Of a stretch of 64,000 nucleotides of DNA, positions 39,739 to 50,807 are shown piece by piece. Source of the DNA: Ignavibacteriota bacterium (GTDB taxonomy: Bacteria > Bacteroidota > Ignavibacteria > Palsa-1295); assembly GCA_963787835.1 (NCBI GenBank), contig CAWBEI010000003.1:32001-96000 (forward strand), read 5' to 3'. Positions within the stretch are counted from its first letter, which is position 1. Each line of letters opens with the position of its first letter. The notes beneath the pieces are model-generated. The model was not told the origin of the DNA. It did no database searches and worked only from the letters and a program-made list of their open reading frames with translations. Made by a program: the position numbers and the translations under genes.

Positions 39739-40173
39739 TTACTCGATTCTTCCATATTCCTCATACCACTCGTCGATCCTGATCTGTATCTCATCACGGA
39801 CTTGCCGCGTTCGTTCGAGTTTTTCTTCCCATGTACCTTCAAAGGTCGCGGGGTCGTGGAGGCTCCAATGCAACCGTACCACTCCGCCAGGAAAGACTGG
39901 ACAGTGTTCGCCATTGCTATCATCACACACAGTGATAACGTGTGAAAAGAGTCTCCCATTTCGATACAGCTCCCACGCATCCTGCGTCTCTTTGCCCGAA
40001 ATATCGATATCCCATTCCTTTAGCACCTCGATCGCTAACGGGTTGATCGTCCCTTCTTTCAGCCCGGCACTTTCAGAACGAACTGTGTCGCCATAGGATC
40101 GGCGCATAAGTTCCTCCGCGATCTGGCTTCTGGCACTATTGTGGGAGCATATAAAAAGTACGTGATTCTGCAT
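39739..40173 (-). CDS. arsC: arsenate reductase (LMW-PTP fold)
   Basis: LFICSHNSARSQIAE, ITVCD...CPVFPG, HW..DP. Confidence 0.88.
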   Translation of the reverse strand: MQNHVLFICSHNSARSQIAEELMRRSYGDTVRSESAGLKEGTINPLAIEVLKEWDIDISGKETQDAWELYRNGRLFSHVITVCDDSNGEHCPVFPGGVVRLHWSLHDPATFEGTWEEKLERTRQVRDEIQIRIDEWYEEYGRIE

Positions 40174-40501
40174 AAATTACTTCCAACGAATGAAAAAGAT
40201 TGATAAATGACAACGTTCGAACCGCCTATGTCAAAGGTGAATTGAGCGAAAGTCCGTAAAAATAAAAGTACCAACAACGTGGGACATAAATTATAGAACT
40301 ATTATGCAATGATTAAAACTCCGTGCAATGCGTGTTTTTCATTATTTTTTATTGAAATTTTTCTCTTCAATACCATTATTATGAATAAAAAATGCCGTCC
40401 AGGTGAAATTCTACAGTTGCTGACCTGAGCCAAGAGTTAATGCACTTTTCACCCGTGGTCTAATGTTTATGGGATGAGATAGAAAAACCCCTCTCCTGAC
40501 T

Positions 40502-42229
40502 ATGTCCACACCTCCTACTCCCACCTCGAATAGCTCTATTATTCCAGCAACGAATGGGCACAATGCTCCTCCAAAATCCGGAGCACCAGTATCCCATCGC
40601 TACCATAAATTTCCGACCGGGCTTGATCTCATTCGGGATCCTGCCTTAAATAAAGGCCGCGCATTTTCAGCGGAAGAACGCGATATTCTTGGACTTCGCG
40701 GCCTGCTGCCGCCGAGAGAGACGAACCTGGAAGATCAGGCAGCATTCATCATTGAGAATGTCCGCTCAAAAGCCAGTGACCTTGATCGCTACAACAGCCT
40801 TATTTCACTTCAGGACCGGAATGAGACCATGTTCTACCGGGTACTTATCGATAATCTTGCGGAACTTCTCCCTATCGTGTACACTCCTACGGTCGGGTTA
40901 GCCTGCCAACGATTCGGTCATATTTTCCGGCGTGCGCGCGGGATGTACATTTCCGACAGAGATAAGGGGAGCATCCGAAAGATCCTCGACAATTGGCCGA
41001 TCGACGATGTTCGCGTAATCGTCGTCACGGATGGCGAACGCATCCTGGGACTTGGCGACCTTGGCGTGCACGGTATGGGGATCCCGATCGGAAAACTTTC
41101 CATCTATACGGCAAGTGCAGGTGTAAAACCATCCCAATGTCTGCCAATGACGATCGACGTTGGCACGAACAACAAGGAACTTCTCGAAGACCCGAGCTAT
41201 CTTGGCCTGACCCATGAGCGAATACGAGGAGAAGCGTACGATGCGCTGATCGACGAATTTATCTTTGCAGCACACGACCGCTGGCCAAACGTGCTCATTC
41301 AATTCGAGGATTTTGGTAACGCCAATGCGTTCCGCCTCCTCGAAAAATACAAGAACAACTTCTGCGTTTTTAACGATGATATTCAGGGAACTGCTGCCGT
41401 GACGCTCGCTGGTATCCTCTCCGCGCTTCGTATGAAGCACGCGAAGCTTTCGAACCAAACGATCGTGCTATTTGGTGCGGGGGAAGCAGCAACTGGAATA
41501 AGCGACCTCATCGTCCATGCAATGATGAACGATGGTATGACGGAAGCTGCCGCACGCAAACGCTGCTGGCTCATCGATTCCAAAGGACTCGTCGTAAAAA
41601 GCCGCAACGATCTAGCGAGGCACAAGCTAGCGTACGCCCATGAGCATGAGCATCTTCCGGACCTTTTATCCGCCATCGGCTCGATCCATCCCACCATCCT
41701 GATCGGTGCGTCCGGTCAGGCCTGCGCGTTTACCAAGGATGTTCTTTCTGCGATGTCAAGCTATGAAGATCGTCCAATAATTTTTGCACTCTCGAACCCA
41801 ACGTCTCAATCAGAATGCACGGCTGAGGAGGCTTATCACTTTACGAACGGCAACGCTATCTTCGCAAGCGGAAGTCCGTTCGATACCGTGTTGTTTGGTG
41901 GGAAAACTATCACTCCCGGCCAGGCAAATAATGCGTACGTATTTCCGGGAATCGGACTCGGTGTAATTGCTTCTGGAGCCACTCGGGTTTCAGATGAGAT
42001 GTTCTTCGAAGCAGCAAAGGCACTCTCGAATGAGACAACAGATGAGGATTTCGCGATCGGTCGAGTCTTTCCATCGCTTGAGCATGCGCGCAAGGTTTCA
42101 GCAAAGATTGCGACTGCAACAGCAAGGGTTGCACATGGTTCTGGCCTTGCTACTAACCCAGAGCCACATGACATCCTTACTGCCATCACGGCAATGATGT
42201 ACGACCCACACTACACGTCTTACGTGTAA
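40502..42229 (+). CDS. NAD(P)-dependent malic enzyme (MaeA/SfcA type)
   Basis: PIVYTPTVG, VTDGERILGLGDLG, FNDDIQGT, FALSNPT. Confidence 0.94.
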   Translation: MSTPPTPTSNSSIIPATNGHNAPPKSGAPVSHRYHKFPTGLDLIRDPALNKGRAFSAEERDILGLRGLLPPRETNLEDQAAFIIENVRSKASDLDRYNSLISLQDRNETMFYRVLIDNLAELLPIVYTPTVGLACQRFGHIFRRARGMYISDRDKGSIRKILDNWPIDDVRVIVVTDGERILGLGDLGVHGMGIPIGKLSIYTASAGVKPSQCLPMTIDVGTNNKELLEDPSYLGLTHERIRGEAYDALIDEFIFAAHDRWPNVLIQFEDFGNANAFRLLEKYKNNFCVFNDDIQGTAAVTLAGILSALRMKHAKLSNQTIVLFGAGEAATGISDLIVHAMMNDGMTEAAARKRCWLIDSKGLVVKSRNDLARHKLAYAHEHEHLPDLLSAIGSIHPTILIGASGQACAFTKDVLSAMSSYEDRPIIFALSNPTSQSECTAEEAYHFTNGNAIFASGSPFDTVLFGGKTITPGQANNAYVFPGIGLGVIASGATRVSDEMFFEAAKALSNETTDEDFAIGRVFPSLEHARKVSAKIATATARVAHGSGLATNPEPHDILTAITAMMYDPHYTSYV

Positions 42230-42245
42230 TGTCAAATCGCTCACA

Positions 42246-42548
42246 TCAGGAAACCACGTCTGGTTCTTCTCCTTCCGGAGATGCCTCCCGGCGGATTCCT
42301 GTGTCATCTCCGCTCTTAAATCCTTGACCGTAAAAGCGGCTATCCTCAGCTAATTTGCTTTCCTGGTGAAGTTCTGCGGGAGCTTCCCGGAATTCGCTCT
42401 TGGTATCCGAAATATCTTCTTCCTCGATCTCGATGCCATCACCCCCTGGCTCATCGACATCGCCGACATCCGCTCCACGCTCTGCAAAAAAGCGGGCCTG
42501 GTTTAGTTCATCTTCCTGATCGTTATTATTACGTGTTTTTTCGCCCAT
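42246..42548 (-). CDS. acidic hypothetical protein
   Basis: 100-aa E/D-rich ORF with an A-rich upstream region. Confidence 0.6.
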   Translation of the reverse strand: MGEKTRNNNDQEDELNQARFFAERGADVGDVDEPGGDGIEIEEEDISDTKSEFREAPAELHQESKLAEDSRFYGQGFKSGDDTGIRREASPEGEEPDVVS

Positions 42549-42616
42549 ATTTTTTTATTGTTTAATTACACAACGTATTTAACATCCAAAATCGCACGTT
42601 GAGTGCAGAAAAAAGA

Positions 42617-43357
42617 TCAAAACTTCAATAAGGACAGCCATTTCTCATAAAGCTCGCTCGTGGCGCGAACATCACGCATGCAGTACTCGGCTATTTCCCG
42701 GCTGCGGCCCTCGGCAAAAAAGACCGGGACTTTATCACCTGCGATCGTTTTGGATTTGGGCGATGCAATCCCAAAGGACTTCGTATAAAAATCCAAATTG
42801 AATTTACGGGTTGCACCAATTTTATCAAAACCTGCATTGAACGTCAATTTATCTAGAAGGTCGATGTGCTCGGCGCCGCTATATCGATCGCTCGAGTTCC
42901 CACCTACTTTGAATTCCCATCGTGTGCCAGCCATCATATTGATCGAGGGGCGAATTCCAAGGGCGGCACTACGCAGCATAAGGAAGGGACAATCAAAATT
43001 ACGGCCGTTAAACGTGACAACTGCCTGATATTTTCCATCCATCCCATTCCAGAAATGCCGGAGCAACTCCGATTCATTTGTGAATGCTTTATATCGCAAC
43101 ATCATACCATCATGCTCGATCACTTCATCCGCCTCTGTATCAGCAAGATAGAGAGCACTTCCCTTTTTCGTCTCATGAACAACCGTACCGATACAAACTA
43201 CTTTCCCAGTTAAAGGATTAAGTGCTCCGAACCCTTTTCGCTGCTCGCGTTCTTCATCGGAGGCACTGCCTCGCAACAAGTATTCCCGCTGAGCCTCGTC
43301 GAACGATGAATCGAAATCCAACGGAACTGTTTCAATATCGAAGATCAAAGTCTGCAT
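42617..43357 (-). CDS. PolB-like 3'-5' exonuclease (RNase H fold)
   Basis: FDIET, TFNGRNFDCPFL, HIDL, YCMRDV (DEDDy). Confidence 0.85.
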   Translation of the reverse strand: MQTLIFDIETVPLDFDSSFDEAQREYLLRGSASDEEREQRKGFGALNPLTGKVVCIGTVVHETKKGSALYLADTEADEVIEHDGMMLRYKAFTNESELLRHFWNGMDGKYQAVVTFNGRNFDCPFLMLRSAALGIRPSINMMAGTRWEFKVGGNSSDRYSGAEHIDLLDKLTFNAGFDKIGATRKFNLDFYTKSFGIASPKSKTIAGDKVPVFFAEGRSREIAEYCMRDVRATSELYEKWLSLLKF

Positions 43358-43412
43358 GATGGCCTGAACTGAGTAATCGGATTATTTGGATAATAAGAGT
43401 AGATGAACTATA

Positions 43413-44135
43413 TTAAAGCTCCATTCGGTCATCTTCATCGTCATCCTCTTCTTCATATGGCTCAACGGTTTCATCCCCAACAGCCTCTGTCGGGGAATAG
43501 ACGATATTAAACGCAGGATCGCTAAAACGTGGCTGATCATAATTAAAGATCGGGGTTACTTCTTCTACGGAGTAGGATTCGCGAATTCGATCAGCGAGCG
43601 CCAGTTTCTCCACTCCGGAAAGAAGCTTATCCGCCATCGAATATACCCGGCTCTCTTCTATTGCAATATGCTCACGATACTGTTTGATCAGCTCTCGTCC
43701 GGTTGCAACAAAATGAGCATCTTGCACGGAATGAATATCGTGCGCTGACTCAAGAGAAGTAGTGTCCCGGGGAATATTACGGAATGCTTCCCAGTCATGC
43801 ACAAGTACATCCATGTTCCTTTGGAGTACTTCATGCCCTTCCGTCAGGAAGCGCATGGTGGAATCCGGCTGTTGAAATCCTACGCGAGGAACATGCGCCG
43901 CCAAGGCCGGGAAAAGGAGTCGCTCTTCTTCAAGCTCATGCCGAGGCGCTGCTTTCTGAAAAAAATCAAAGATCTCACCCCAATTGGGCTGTGCCGCAAA
44001 ACTCTGAAACACGCCATTGGTCTCAGCATCAGTGAGCAGGCGTTCTAATTCAGCACATTCATGCAAAATAATTTTGTGAGTATCGTGAAAATAAAGGACG
44101 CCGTCTTGATAGTTTTGGGGATCGGGAAGATTCAT
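43413..44135 (-). CDS. hemerythrin-like domain protein
   Basis: H..I, HELEEE..LFP, L..GHE, HIAIEE..VY. Confidence 0.78.
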   Translation of the reverse strand: MNLPDPQNYQDGVLYFHDTHKIILHECAELERLLTDAETNGVFQSFAAQPNWGEIFDFFQKAAPRHELEEERLLFPALAAHVPRVGFQQPDSTMRFLTEGHEVLQRNMDVLVHDWEAFRNIPRDTTSLESAHDIHSVQDAHFVATGRELIKQYREHIAIEESRVYSMADKLLSGVEKLALADRIRESYSVEEVTPIFNYDQPRFSDPAFNIVYSPTEAVGDETVEPYEEEDDDEDDRMEL

Positions 44136-44194
44136 GTAGCTATGAAACCACATTGCATCGGGAATATATTCCCCTCACATTACGTATTCTTAAT

Positions 44195-44638
44195 ATGATA
44201 GAACTTCGAATTAAACGACTAAGCCCCAACGACAACGATATTCCCTTGCCCGAATATGCTACCGCGCATGCTGCTGGTATGGATCTTCGTGTGAACACCG
44301 ACATTGAAATCGCACCTCAACAAGTGATCCTTGCCCCTACCGGCATCGCTCTGGAAATTCCGGAGGGATATGAAGGCCAGGTCCGCCCTCGAAGCGGTCT
44401 TGCTGCAAAGCACGGTATCACCGCGTTGAACTCTCCCGGCACAATAGACGCCGATTATCGTGGCGAGCTCAAGGTCATTCTCATCAATCATGGTAAAGAG
44501 CCTGTTCGCTTTCAGCGCGGCACTCGTATCGCTCAGCTCATTATTAGTAAATATGAGAGGGTAGATGTTATTGAGTCAGATGCCTTAGCTGAGACCATCC
44601 GTGCTGCCGGTGGCTTTGGACACACCGGAGTCAATTAA
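44195..44638 (+). CDS. dut: dUTP diphosphatase
   Basis: [34 protein letters not shown]. Confidence 0.96.
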   Translation: MIELRIKRLSPNDNDIPLPEYATAHAAGMDLRVNTDIEIAPQQVILAPTGIALEIPEGYEGQVRPRSGLAAKHGITALNSPGTIDADYRGELKVILINHGKEPVRFQRGTRIAQLIISKYERVDVIESDALAETIRAAGGFGHTGVN

Positions 44639-44749
44639 AACGTAGAATTAATAATGAAGAGAATATTTTTGAATTCTCGCTTTGATTGGATAATGACTGG
44701 CATGTCTTTCCCCCATTCTTAATTTTTAATTCTTAATTATTAATTCACA

Positions 44750-45766
44750 TTGCCATTAGTCCACAATAAAGTCATTACTATCGAGCGGCACATCATCGAG
44801 CAACAAGAGCGCTCGAATGGGGCCACCGGAGATTTCTCTGCACTCCTGCGCGATCTCACACTTGCGTTCAAGATCATCAACCGTGAGGTGATGCAAGCGG
44901 GGCTTGTCGATGCATTAGGTGCGACGGGAACCGAAAATGTTCAGGGTGAGATTGTCCAGAAGCTCGATGCATTTGCCGACACAGTTATTTTCCGAGCAAT
45001 GGATCATGGTGGGCACTTGTGCGCCATGGCGAGTGAGGAGAATGAGAACATTCTTCCAATTCCAAATCAATATAAGTGTGGCAAGTATGTGCTGCTCTTC
45101 GATCCACTGGATGGATCCTCGAACATCGATGTCAATGTCTCGATCGGAACGATCTTCTCCATTCTTCGGCGTGTCACACCGGAAAATACTCCAGGAACAA
45201 TGGATGATTTCTTGCAGCCAGGCTACAAACAAATTGCTGCAGGATACACGATCTATGGCCCATCGACGATGCTCGTTTATACCGCAGGCCGGGGGGTCTT
45301 TGGATTTACGTACGATCCTTCCGTGGGGGAATTTATTTTATCGCATGATGATATTCGAATTCCTCAACATGGAAGAATTTACAGCGTGAATGAAGGCAAT
45401 TATCATAAATGGGACAGGAAAATCCAGCGATACATCGACTGGGCTAAATCAGATGTGCCGGAAGAGGGCAAAACGGCATACAGCCTGCGCTATATCGGCT
45501 CGATGGTCGCAGATGTGCATCGCACGTTGCTGTATGGCGGTGTATTCCTTTATCCGGCAGACATCAAAAGCCACAAAGGAAAGCTTCGCCTTCTCTATGA
45601 GGCAAATCCTATGTCATTTGTCGTGGAGCAAGCTGGCGGACGAGCTGGTGATGGCAAGCAGCGGGTCTTAGAGATCATTCCCGAATTACTGCATCAAAGG
45701 ACTCCACTGATCGTTGGAAGTCCGAAAAATGTCGAGGAAGTGGAGCGTTTCCTGAACGCCACATAG
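44750..45766 (+). CDS. fbp: class 1 fructose-1,6-bisphosphatase
   Basis: FDPLDGSSNID, RYIGSMVADVHR, GKLRLLYEANP. Confidence 0.96.
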   Translation: MPLVHNKVITIERHIIEQQERSNGATGDFSALLRDLTLAFKIINREVMQAGLVDALGATGTENVQGEIVQKLDAFADTVIFRAMDHGGHLCAMASEENENILPIPNQYKCGKYVLLFDPLDGSSNIDVNVSIGTIFSILRRVTPENTPGTMDDFLQPGYKQIAAGYTIYGPSTMLVYTAGRGVFGFTYDPSVGEFILSHDDIRIPQHGRIYSVNEGNYHKWDRKIQRYIDWAKSDVPEEGKTAYSLRYIGSMVADVHRTLLYGGVFLYPADIKSHKGKLRLLYEANPMSFVVEQAGGRAGDGKQRVLEIIPELLHQRTPLIVGSPKNVEEVERFLNAT

Positions 45767-45779
45767 AAATTCGAAACCT

Positions 45780-46334
45780 TCAATCTTCCTCAGATTGACC
45801 GAGCAGATGCAGCCCTTCACTGGTTGTTTCGAGACGAAGCTCGTGAATAATTTGGTGAAGCAAAGGTCTCTCACCTTTTTGGATTCGATGTATTCCTATA
45901 ACATAGCCGGTGCCGGCCCGTGCTATGTCCAACATACCCTTTGCAAGGGCATTTCTGACATGATGCGCTTCCTTCTCCGTAAGCCGCTCGATGGCTCCAG
46001 CTAACAACGCTCTGGCGGTAAGATATTTCGACGTATCCCATGTACTTTGCACCATTGGCAGCAACCCCATGTCGGTGCCAATGGACTCAAGATCATCTTC
46101 CGTCGCTAACTCGAAATCATCTTCAAGGGTGCGCACAAATTCTTCGATCGCGGCGAACTCGCCCATCGACACCGAACGGTTCTGCATATCTACTTCCATA
46201 ATAGGCGCGAGCATGAGTGCTCCAAAAGCCAGCTTTTCAGGAGTGGTATGCGATTCCTGCCAAAGCCCGAGCTCTTTCAATCGATCGATCTCATAGTCAC
46301 TGAAGAACTGTCCGTTTTCGAGAGAACCTAACAT
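45780..46334 (-). CDS. hypothetical protein (TerB-like fold possible)
   Basis: Helical; D..VS..E and IA.AG.G..IG...I.K.E..LL..I patterns. Confidence 0.55.
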   Translation of the reverse strand: MLGSLENGQFFSDYEIDRLKELGLWQESHTTPEKLAFGALMLAPIMEVDMQNRSVSMGEFAAIEEFVRTLEDDFELATEDDLESIGTDMGLLPMVQSTWDTSKYLTARALLAGAIERLTEKEAHHVRNALAKGMLDIARAGTGYVIGIHRIQKGERPLLHQIIHELRLETTSEGLHLLGQSEED

Positions 46335-46373
46335 AGATAAATTGGAAATAAGGTAAAAAATGAGTGCTATCTG

Positions 46374-47243
46374 CTACTTTCCGACTTTCAGCACGCAGTT
46401 AACGGGTTGAGACAATACAGAGTTCGCGAGTTGATCGACCGTCTTCCACATTCCAAAGGGCATCCCCTGCAAGAATGGGTAAGTTCGAGCAAACAACAGT
46501 AGTTTGTTGTTGAAGCTTTTAAATTCCCAGCCAGATACTGGATCATCGAACAACGCACGAAGCGATGCTTCATCCCATGAATGCAGGTGTGCATTGTGAG
46601 GAGTCAACTGATTGCAATGAATGCAAAGCTCATAGGTCAATTTCTCTTTGTATGGTGTGCTGATAATTACAGTTCCATTCTGTTTTATTACACGGAGCAA
46701 TTCATTAACAAACGATTTGGGGTCATGTTGGTGCTCGATGATCTCAGAAGCAATGATAACGTCGAATGATTCATCTATAAATGGCAAGTGATAGGCATCC
46801 GCAACAACAGCAACATGATCCTGTGAGGGGTAACGTTCGACCGCTTTCTTTGGATTTTCGATCGAAACATCGAGCGAGCAAACAAAGGTACCACTGTTCT
46901 GAAATGACTTCGCTACCCATGCCGAGCCACAACCAACATCGAGAATGCTGGATGAATCTTTCGGAACAAGGGAGAGAATATATTCCCGGAGTCTCCGTTC
47001 ACTGTGAGCTGTGGCGCCACTACGCTCCTCGAAATAATCGAAAGATGCAGAATCCTTCTCATAATGCGCAATGTAATCGAATGCTGTAGAAGAATCCTTT
47101 CCAGCTATGAGAATGGGAATATTTCCCGACAGCAAGAAACTTCTGCCGCATGAAACGCAACAAAGCGAACCATCTTTCATGATGAGTTCGCCTTGGCACT
47201 GAGGGCAGCTTAGAATGGAAAACAGTCGAGGATCCATTGACAT
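46374..47243 (-). CDS. class I SAM methyltransferase with N-terminal Trm112-like Zn ribbon
   Basis: LSCPQCQG.L..C..CG..F..NIP; LDVGCGS; FDVII.SE.IEH. Confidence 0.85.
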   Translation of the reverse strand: MSMDPRLFSILSCPQCQGELIMKDGSLCCVSCGRSFLLSGNIPILIAGKDSSTAFDYIAHYEKDSASFDYFEERSGATAHSERRLREYILSLVPKDSSSILDVGCGSAWVAKSFQNSGTFVCSLDVSIENPKKAVERYPSQDHVAVVADAYHLPFIDESFDVIIASEIIEHQHDPKSFVNELLRVIKQNGTVIISTPYKEKLTYELCIHCNQLTPHNAHLHSWDEASLRALFDDPVSGWEFKSFNNKLLLFARTYPFLQGMPFGMWKTVDQLANSVLSQPVNCVLKVGK

Positions 47244-47284
47244 GACACAATTCCCATGCACTGAAAGATCCCCGACTGACAGCC

Positions 47285-47632
47285 TTATAGTCCGCTCTTT
47301 TTCACCAACTGCGAGAAGACCTCCGGATGGTGATAGGCAAGATCGGCCAGTAATTTACGATTAATTCCGATACCGGATTTTGCAAATGCGCCCATCAGAC
47401 GGGAATACGTTGTGCCATTCTCGCGCGCGGCAGCATTGATGCGAACGATCCAAAGCTCGCGGAAATCGCGCTTACGGACACGGCGGTCACGAAACGCGAA
47501 CTGACGTGCTTTATCGACATGATGCTTGGCAACGGTGAGAACGTTACCGCGCATACCCCAAAAGCCTTTGGAGGCTTGAAGGACTTTCTTTTTTCGGCGC
47601 TTGGCTGCAGGTAGGTTTTTAGCTCTTGGCAT
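47285..47632 (-). CDS. rplT: 50S ribosomal protein L20
   Basis: MPRAK..KGFWG.R, RDRR.RKRDFR.LWI.RINAAAR. Confidence 0.97.
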   Translation of the reverse strand: MPRAKNLPAAKRRKKKVLQASKGFWGMRGNVLTVAKHHVDKARQFAFRDRRVRKRDFRELWIVRINAAARENGTTYSRLMGAFAKSGIGINRKLLADLAYHHPEVFSQLVKKSGL

Positions 47633-47654
47633 AGTAGGTTTTCAGATTTTTATT

Positions 47655-47760
47655 CAGTTGGGCCACCCTCGAAGCATCTGAATTCTCTTCTTTCGAAGAG
47701 GACCGCCCGCAAAAAGCGGACGCTCGGAGTAGCGTTAGAAACCGGAATATCCGGTTTCCC
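47655..47760 (-). promoter_or_regulatory. structured RNA in the rpmI-rplT spacer (candidate r-protein leader)
   Basis: Hairpin GAAACCGGA/TCCGGTTTC, then a multibranch fold with CCGC/GCGG and CTCTTC-GAAA-GAAGAG arms. Confidence 0.45.
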
Positions 47761-47767
47761 TTTGTAA

Positions 47768-47962
47768 TTATCTCGCCAGAAGAATACGGATGTTCTTCTC
47801 GTTAGCCGGAGCAACGAGTGTAGCATGGCGCAAATTGCGTTTCCGTTTCTTCGATTTCGAAGTCATAATATGAGCTTGGTACGCCTTTTCACGCTTCAAA
47901 AGGCCGCTTCCGGTCACTTTGAAGCGCTTTTTCGCGCCTGACTTGGTCTTCATTTTTGGCAT
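47768..47962 (-). CDS. rpmI: 50S ribosomal protein L35
   Basis: [19 protein letters not shown]. Confidence 0.97.
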   Translation of the reverse strand: MPKMKTKSGAKKRFKVTGSGLLKREKAYQAHIMTSKSKKRKRNLRHATLVAPANEKNIRILLAR

Positions 47963-48144
47963 AAATTCCGTTAAAATTGAGTGCGCCGTAACAGACGTAT
48001 TTTACGGTTAGTTCTATATTTATGCAAATTGCATCTTGAAAAGTAACACGAATATAATACACTTACTGTGAATTGAGGATAACACGCCTTAATTTCACAA
48101 TGTTAGATTGTTGATGATCTCACGCCGACATAAAATGAAGAAGC

Positions 48145-49731
48145 ATGGAAACAGAAATTTTATCTAAAGGACTAACCGCCGTCTCTGGGTATGACTCGAT
48201 GCTGCCGATCGAAGACGCTCAAGAATTGCTCAAGCAACTTAAGAGTCTCTATCAGGATGTGATCCAGCGAGGCAACGCGATCTTTAATAATTGGTCGAGC
48301 AGCATTGAGCGCCCTGACTTCCAGCCGAGCGCTCGAAATCTTGCTTATTATCTCGCATTGCGTGAGCATGACGTACGTCCCATTCAATCGGCTTTAATTC
48401 CGTGGGGCTTATCGTCGCTTGGTCGAAGCGAATCGCGAGTGCTGCCAAATCTGGAAGCGGTGATCACCACACTCGAGATAATCTGCGAAGGGAGGAAAGG
48501 GGGAACAATACATCCGCCACTTTCGGCTTTTTTTCAGGGAGAACACCTGCTTTCAGAAAATGTCAGCCGATTGTTCGGCGAACAACGGAGTGATAGACGC
48601 ATCCGAATCCTCGTTACGATGCCCCCTGAAGCTGCCGAAGACTACGAGTTGATCCGCGATCTCCTGAAGGAGGGCATGGATGCTATCCGCATCAACTGCG
48701 CGCATGATTCCGTGGATGCCTGGAAGGCTATGATCTCCAATTTGCGCCGTGCCGAGCAAGAGGTAGGACACACCTGCAAGATATTGATGGATCTGGCCGG
48801 TCCGAAGATCCGCACCGGAAAGATTATCACTCCATTGCCGGATGCCCGCCTTTATCCTGGCGAAAAACTTCTGCTAACTAAGGCAAAGAAACCTACACCA
48901 AATCCTGAGTACCGTTTTCAGGCCAGTTGTTCAGCACCGGAAATCCTATCACAAGTTGCAGTCGGTGCGTTAGTATGGATCGACGATGGAAAATTAAGCG
49001 CAAGGATCGAACGCGTGTTTCCAGATGCCGTCGAACTTCTTGTGCTCGATGCAGGGCCAAAAGGAATGAAGCTAAAGGCCGACAAAGGAATTAATTTCCC
49101 AAAAACAACACTCGCGATCAGCCCACTTTCAGAAAAAGATTACCGAGATCTCGATTTTGTCGCAGAAGCGGCGGACCTCATCGGTTATTCCTTTGTACAG
49201 GAAGTCAGTGACATGGTTCTTCTTCAAGAAGCGCTCCGATCTCGCATAGGAGATAGAGCAAACGAAAAAGCAATCGTTGCAAAGATCGAAACAGAACGAG
49301 GAGTCCGTAATTTGCCATCTCTTATTGTAGCGGCGGCTGGAAAACAGCCTTTCGGAGTGATGATCGCTCGCGGCGATCTTGCTGTTGAGATCGGTTACGA
49401 ACGCCTTGCCGAGATACAAGAAGAAATACTTTGGCTGTGTGAAGCGGCGCACGTTCCCGTCGTGTGGGCTACGCAAGTGCTTGAAACGCTGGTAATGACC
49501 GGAACCCCTACCCGAGCCGAAATGACGGACGCAGCAATGTCCGAACGTGCCGAATGCGTAATGCTCAACAAAGGCCCATTCATCCGCCAGGCGGTAACCA
49601 TTCTGGACCACGTACTAACTCGAATGCAAGCACATCAGCTCAAAAAGACTCCTCAGCTGCGCGCCCTCAAAGTCTGGCAAGACATTGGAAAGATTCCTGC
49701 CATCTCTACTCCCGTCGGAGTAGAGGGTTAG
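48145..49731 (+). CDS. pyk: pyruvate kinase (variant with N-terminal extension, no C-terminal regulatory domain)
   Basis: RINCAHD, MDLAGPKIRTG, AKIET, MIARGDLAVE, WATQVLE, PTRAE.TD. Confidence 0.85.
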   Translation: METEILSKGLTAVSGYDSMLPIEDAQELLKQLKSLYQDVIQRGNAIFNNWSSSIERPDFQPSARNLAYYLALREHDVRPIQSALIPWGLSSLGRSESRVLPNLEAVITTLEIICEGRKGGTIHPPLSAFFQGEHLLSENVSRLFGEQRSDRRIRILVTMPPEAAEDYELIRDLLKEGMDAIRINCAHDSVDAWKAMISNLRRAEQEVGHTCKILMDLAGPKIRTGKIITPLPDARLYPGEKLLLTKAKKPTPNPEYRFQASCSAPEILSQVAVGALVWIDDGKLSARIERVFPDAVELLVLDAGPKGMKLKADKGINFPKTTLAISPLSEKDYRDLDFVAEAADLIGYSFVQEVSDMVLLQEALRSRIGDRANEKAIVAKIETERGVRNLPSLIVAAAGKQPFGVMIARGDLAVEIGYERLAEIQEEILWLCEAAHVPVVWATQVLETLVMTGTPTRAEMTDAAMSERAECVMLNKGPFIRQAVTILDHVLTRMQAHQLKKTPQLRALKVWQDIGKIPAISTPVGVEG

Positions 49732-49750
49732 CGAATATTTTGTATATCTC

Positions 49751-50776
49751 TTAACGCTGGATCACCAATGGCATGGTTATCAGCCGATTCGTGGTATGAA
49801 TAACAGCCTGATATCTTCCAACCTGGATGCGGCCAACATCAAGCTTTCCTTCGCCATCGAACTGAGCCGAGAGCACCGGGCGACCAAGGAGATCGAGTAA
49901 TTCAATAGTGGCAAGGCCTTCTGTTCCCTGAATATTGACAAATGTCGATGCTGGATCAGGAAAAACAGAAATCGTGCCGGGAGCACTGCTACCTGAAACA
50001 CCGGAAGCTTGACTCGAGACGAACGCCGTGATGTAAAAATTCGAATAAAGCGGGACTCCAGTAGTGCTGAGAAAAGTGCTATCAAGTACCGCGCTGAGAG
50101 TTTGTCCTGTATTGAGCAAGGCAAGAAATCCCGAACGGCAGTTGTCTGTCGTGCGAGGAACTATTTCCTCGCTATCACCTGTGACAAGATAGCCGTTGGT
50201 GAAATTCCGGGAAACCGCGTCAAAATTTGGTTCGACAGCGATCCAGAAGTTTTGCGCAGGGATTTCGGTATGAGGGACTGGCAATGTAACGACCGAACGA
50301 CCGTGAACCTGGGCGGCATGCACATACCCAACATCAAAGGATTGTGCGTTCTGGTCGAAAATGTTCATCAAATGAAATGTTCCAGCCCCAGTGCTATACA
50401 GCGTATCCGCGATCATATAGACATCAATGCTATCTCCTGTAATAGAATCAATCGTGATTTGCACGGAATCGAGAAATCCGCCCGAACCGGGCATCGTGAT
50501 GCGCTCTCCGTAAGTCGGAACTATATAGGATCCGATCTGGATCGGTGCCCCAAACCCGAGCGAGGGAATTGATGAATTAAAGTACCCGAGTGGAATGTCC
50601 GCCGATAAAATAGAAAGCGGCATATTCGATTCCCATACTTTCGCCCGGTTCGGCCAGCCTGTAATGCTATCTGCTATAGCACCTCTCGTTGATGTTGATA
50701 AAATCTGCGCTTCTCCGAGATCAGCCAGAAAAAGACAAACTGCCAGAAATAGTGAATATCCAATGTACTTTCTCAT
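49751..50776 (-). CDS. secreted protein with T9SS type A sorting domain
   Basis: Signal peptide ..GEAQ; VFPDPAS..DLLGR.V..G.Y. Confidence 0.75.
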   Translation of the reverse strand: MRKYIGYSLFLAVCLFLADLGEAQILSTSTRGAIADSITGWPNRAKVWESNMPLSILSADIPLGYFNSSIPSLGFGAPIQIGSYIVPTYGERITMPGSGGFLDSVQITIDSITGDSIDVYMIADTLYSTGAGTFHLMNIFDQNAQSFDVGYVHAAQVHGRSVVTLPVPHTEIPAQNFWIAVEPNFDAVSRNFTNGYLVTGDSEEIVPRTTDNCRSGFLALLNTGQTLSAVLDSTFLSTTGVPLYSNFYITAFVSSQASGVSGSSAPGTISVFPDPASTFVNIQGTEGLATIELLDLLGRPVLSAQFDGEGKLDVGRIQVGRYQAVIHTTNRLITMPLVIQR

Positions 50777-50807
50777 GATTTTTTATAGGTTATAATAAGC
50801 CCAAATC

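Noticed and set aside
42617-43357. Standalone exonuclease as part of a defence system
   Set aside because: No helicase, nuclease or cas partner nearby; the context is housekeeping.
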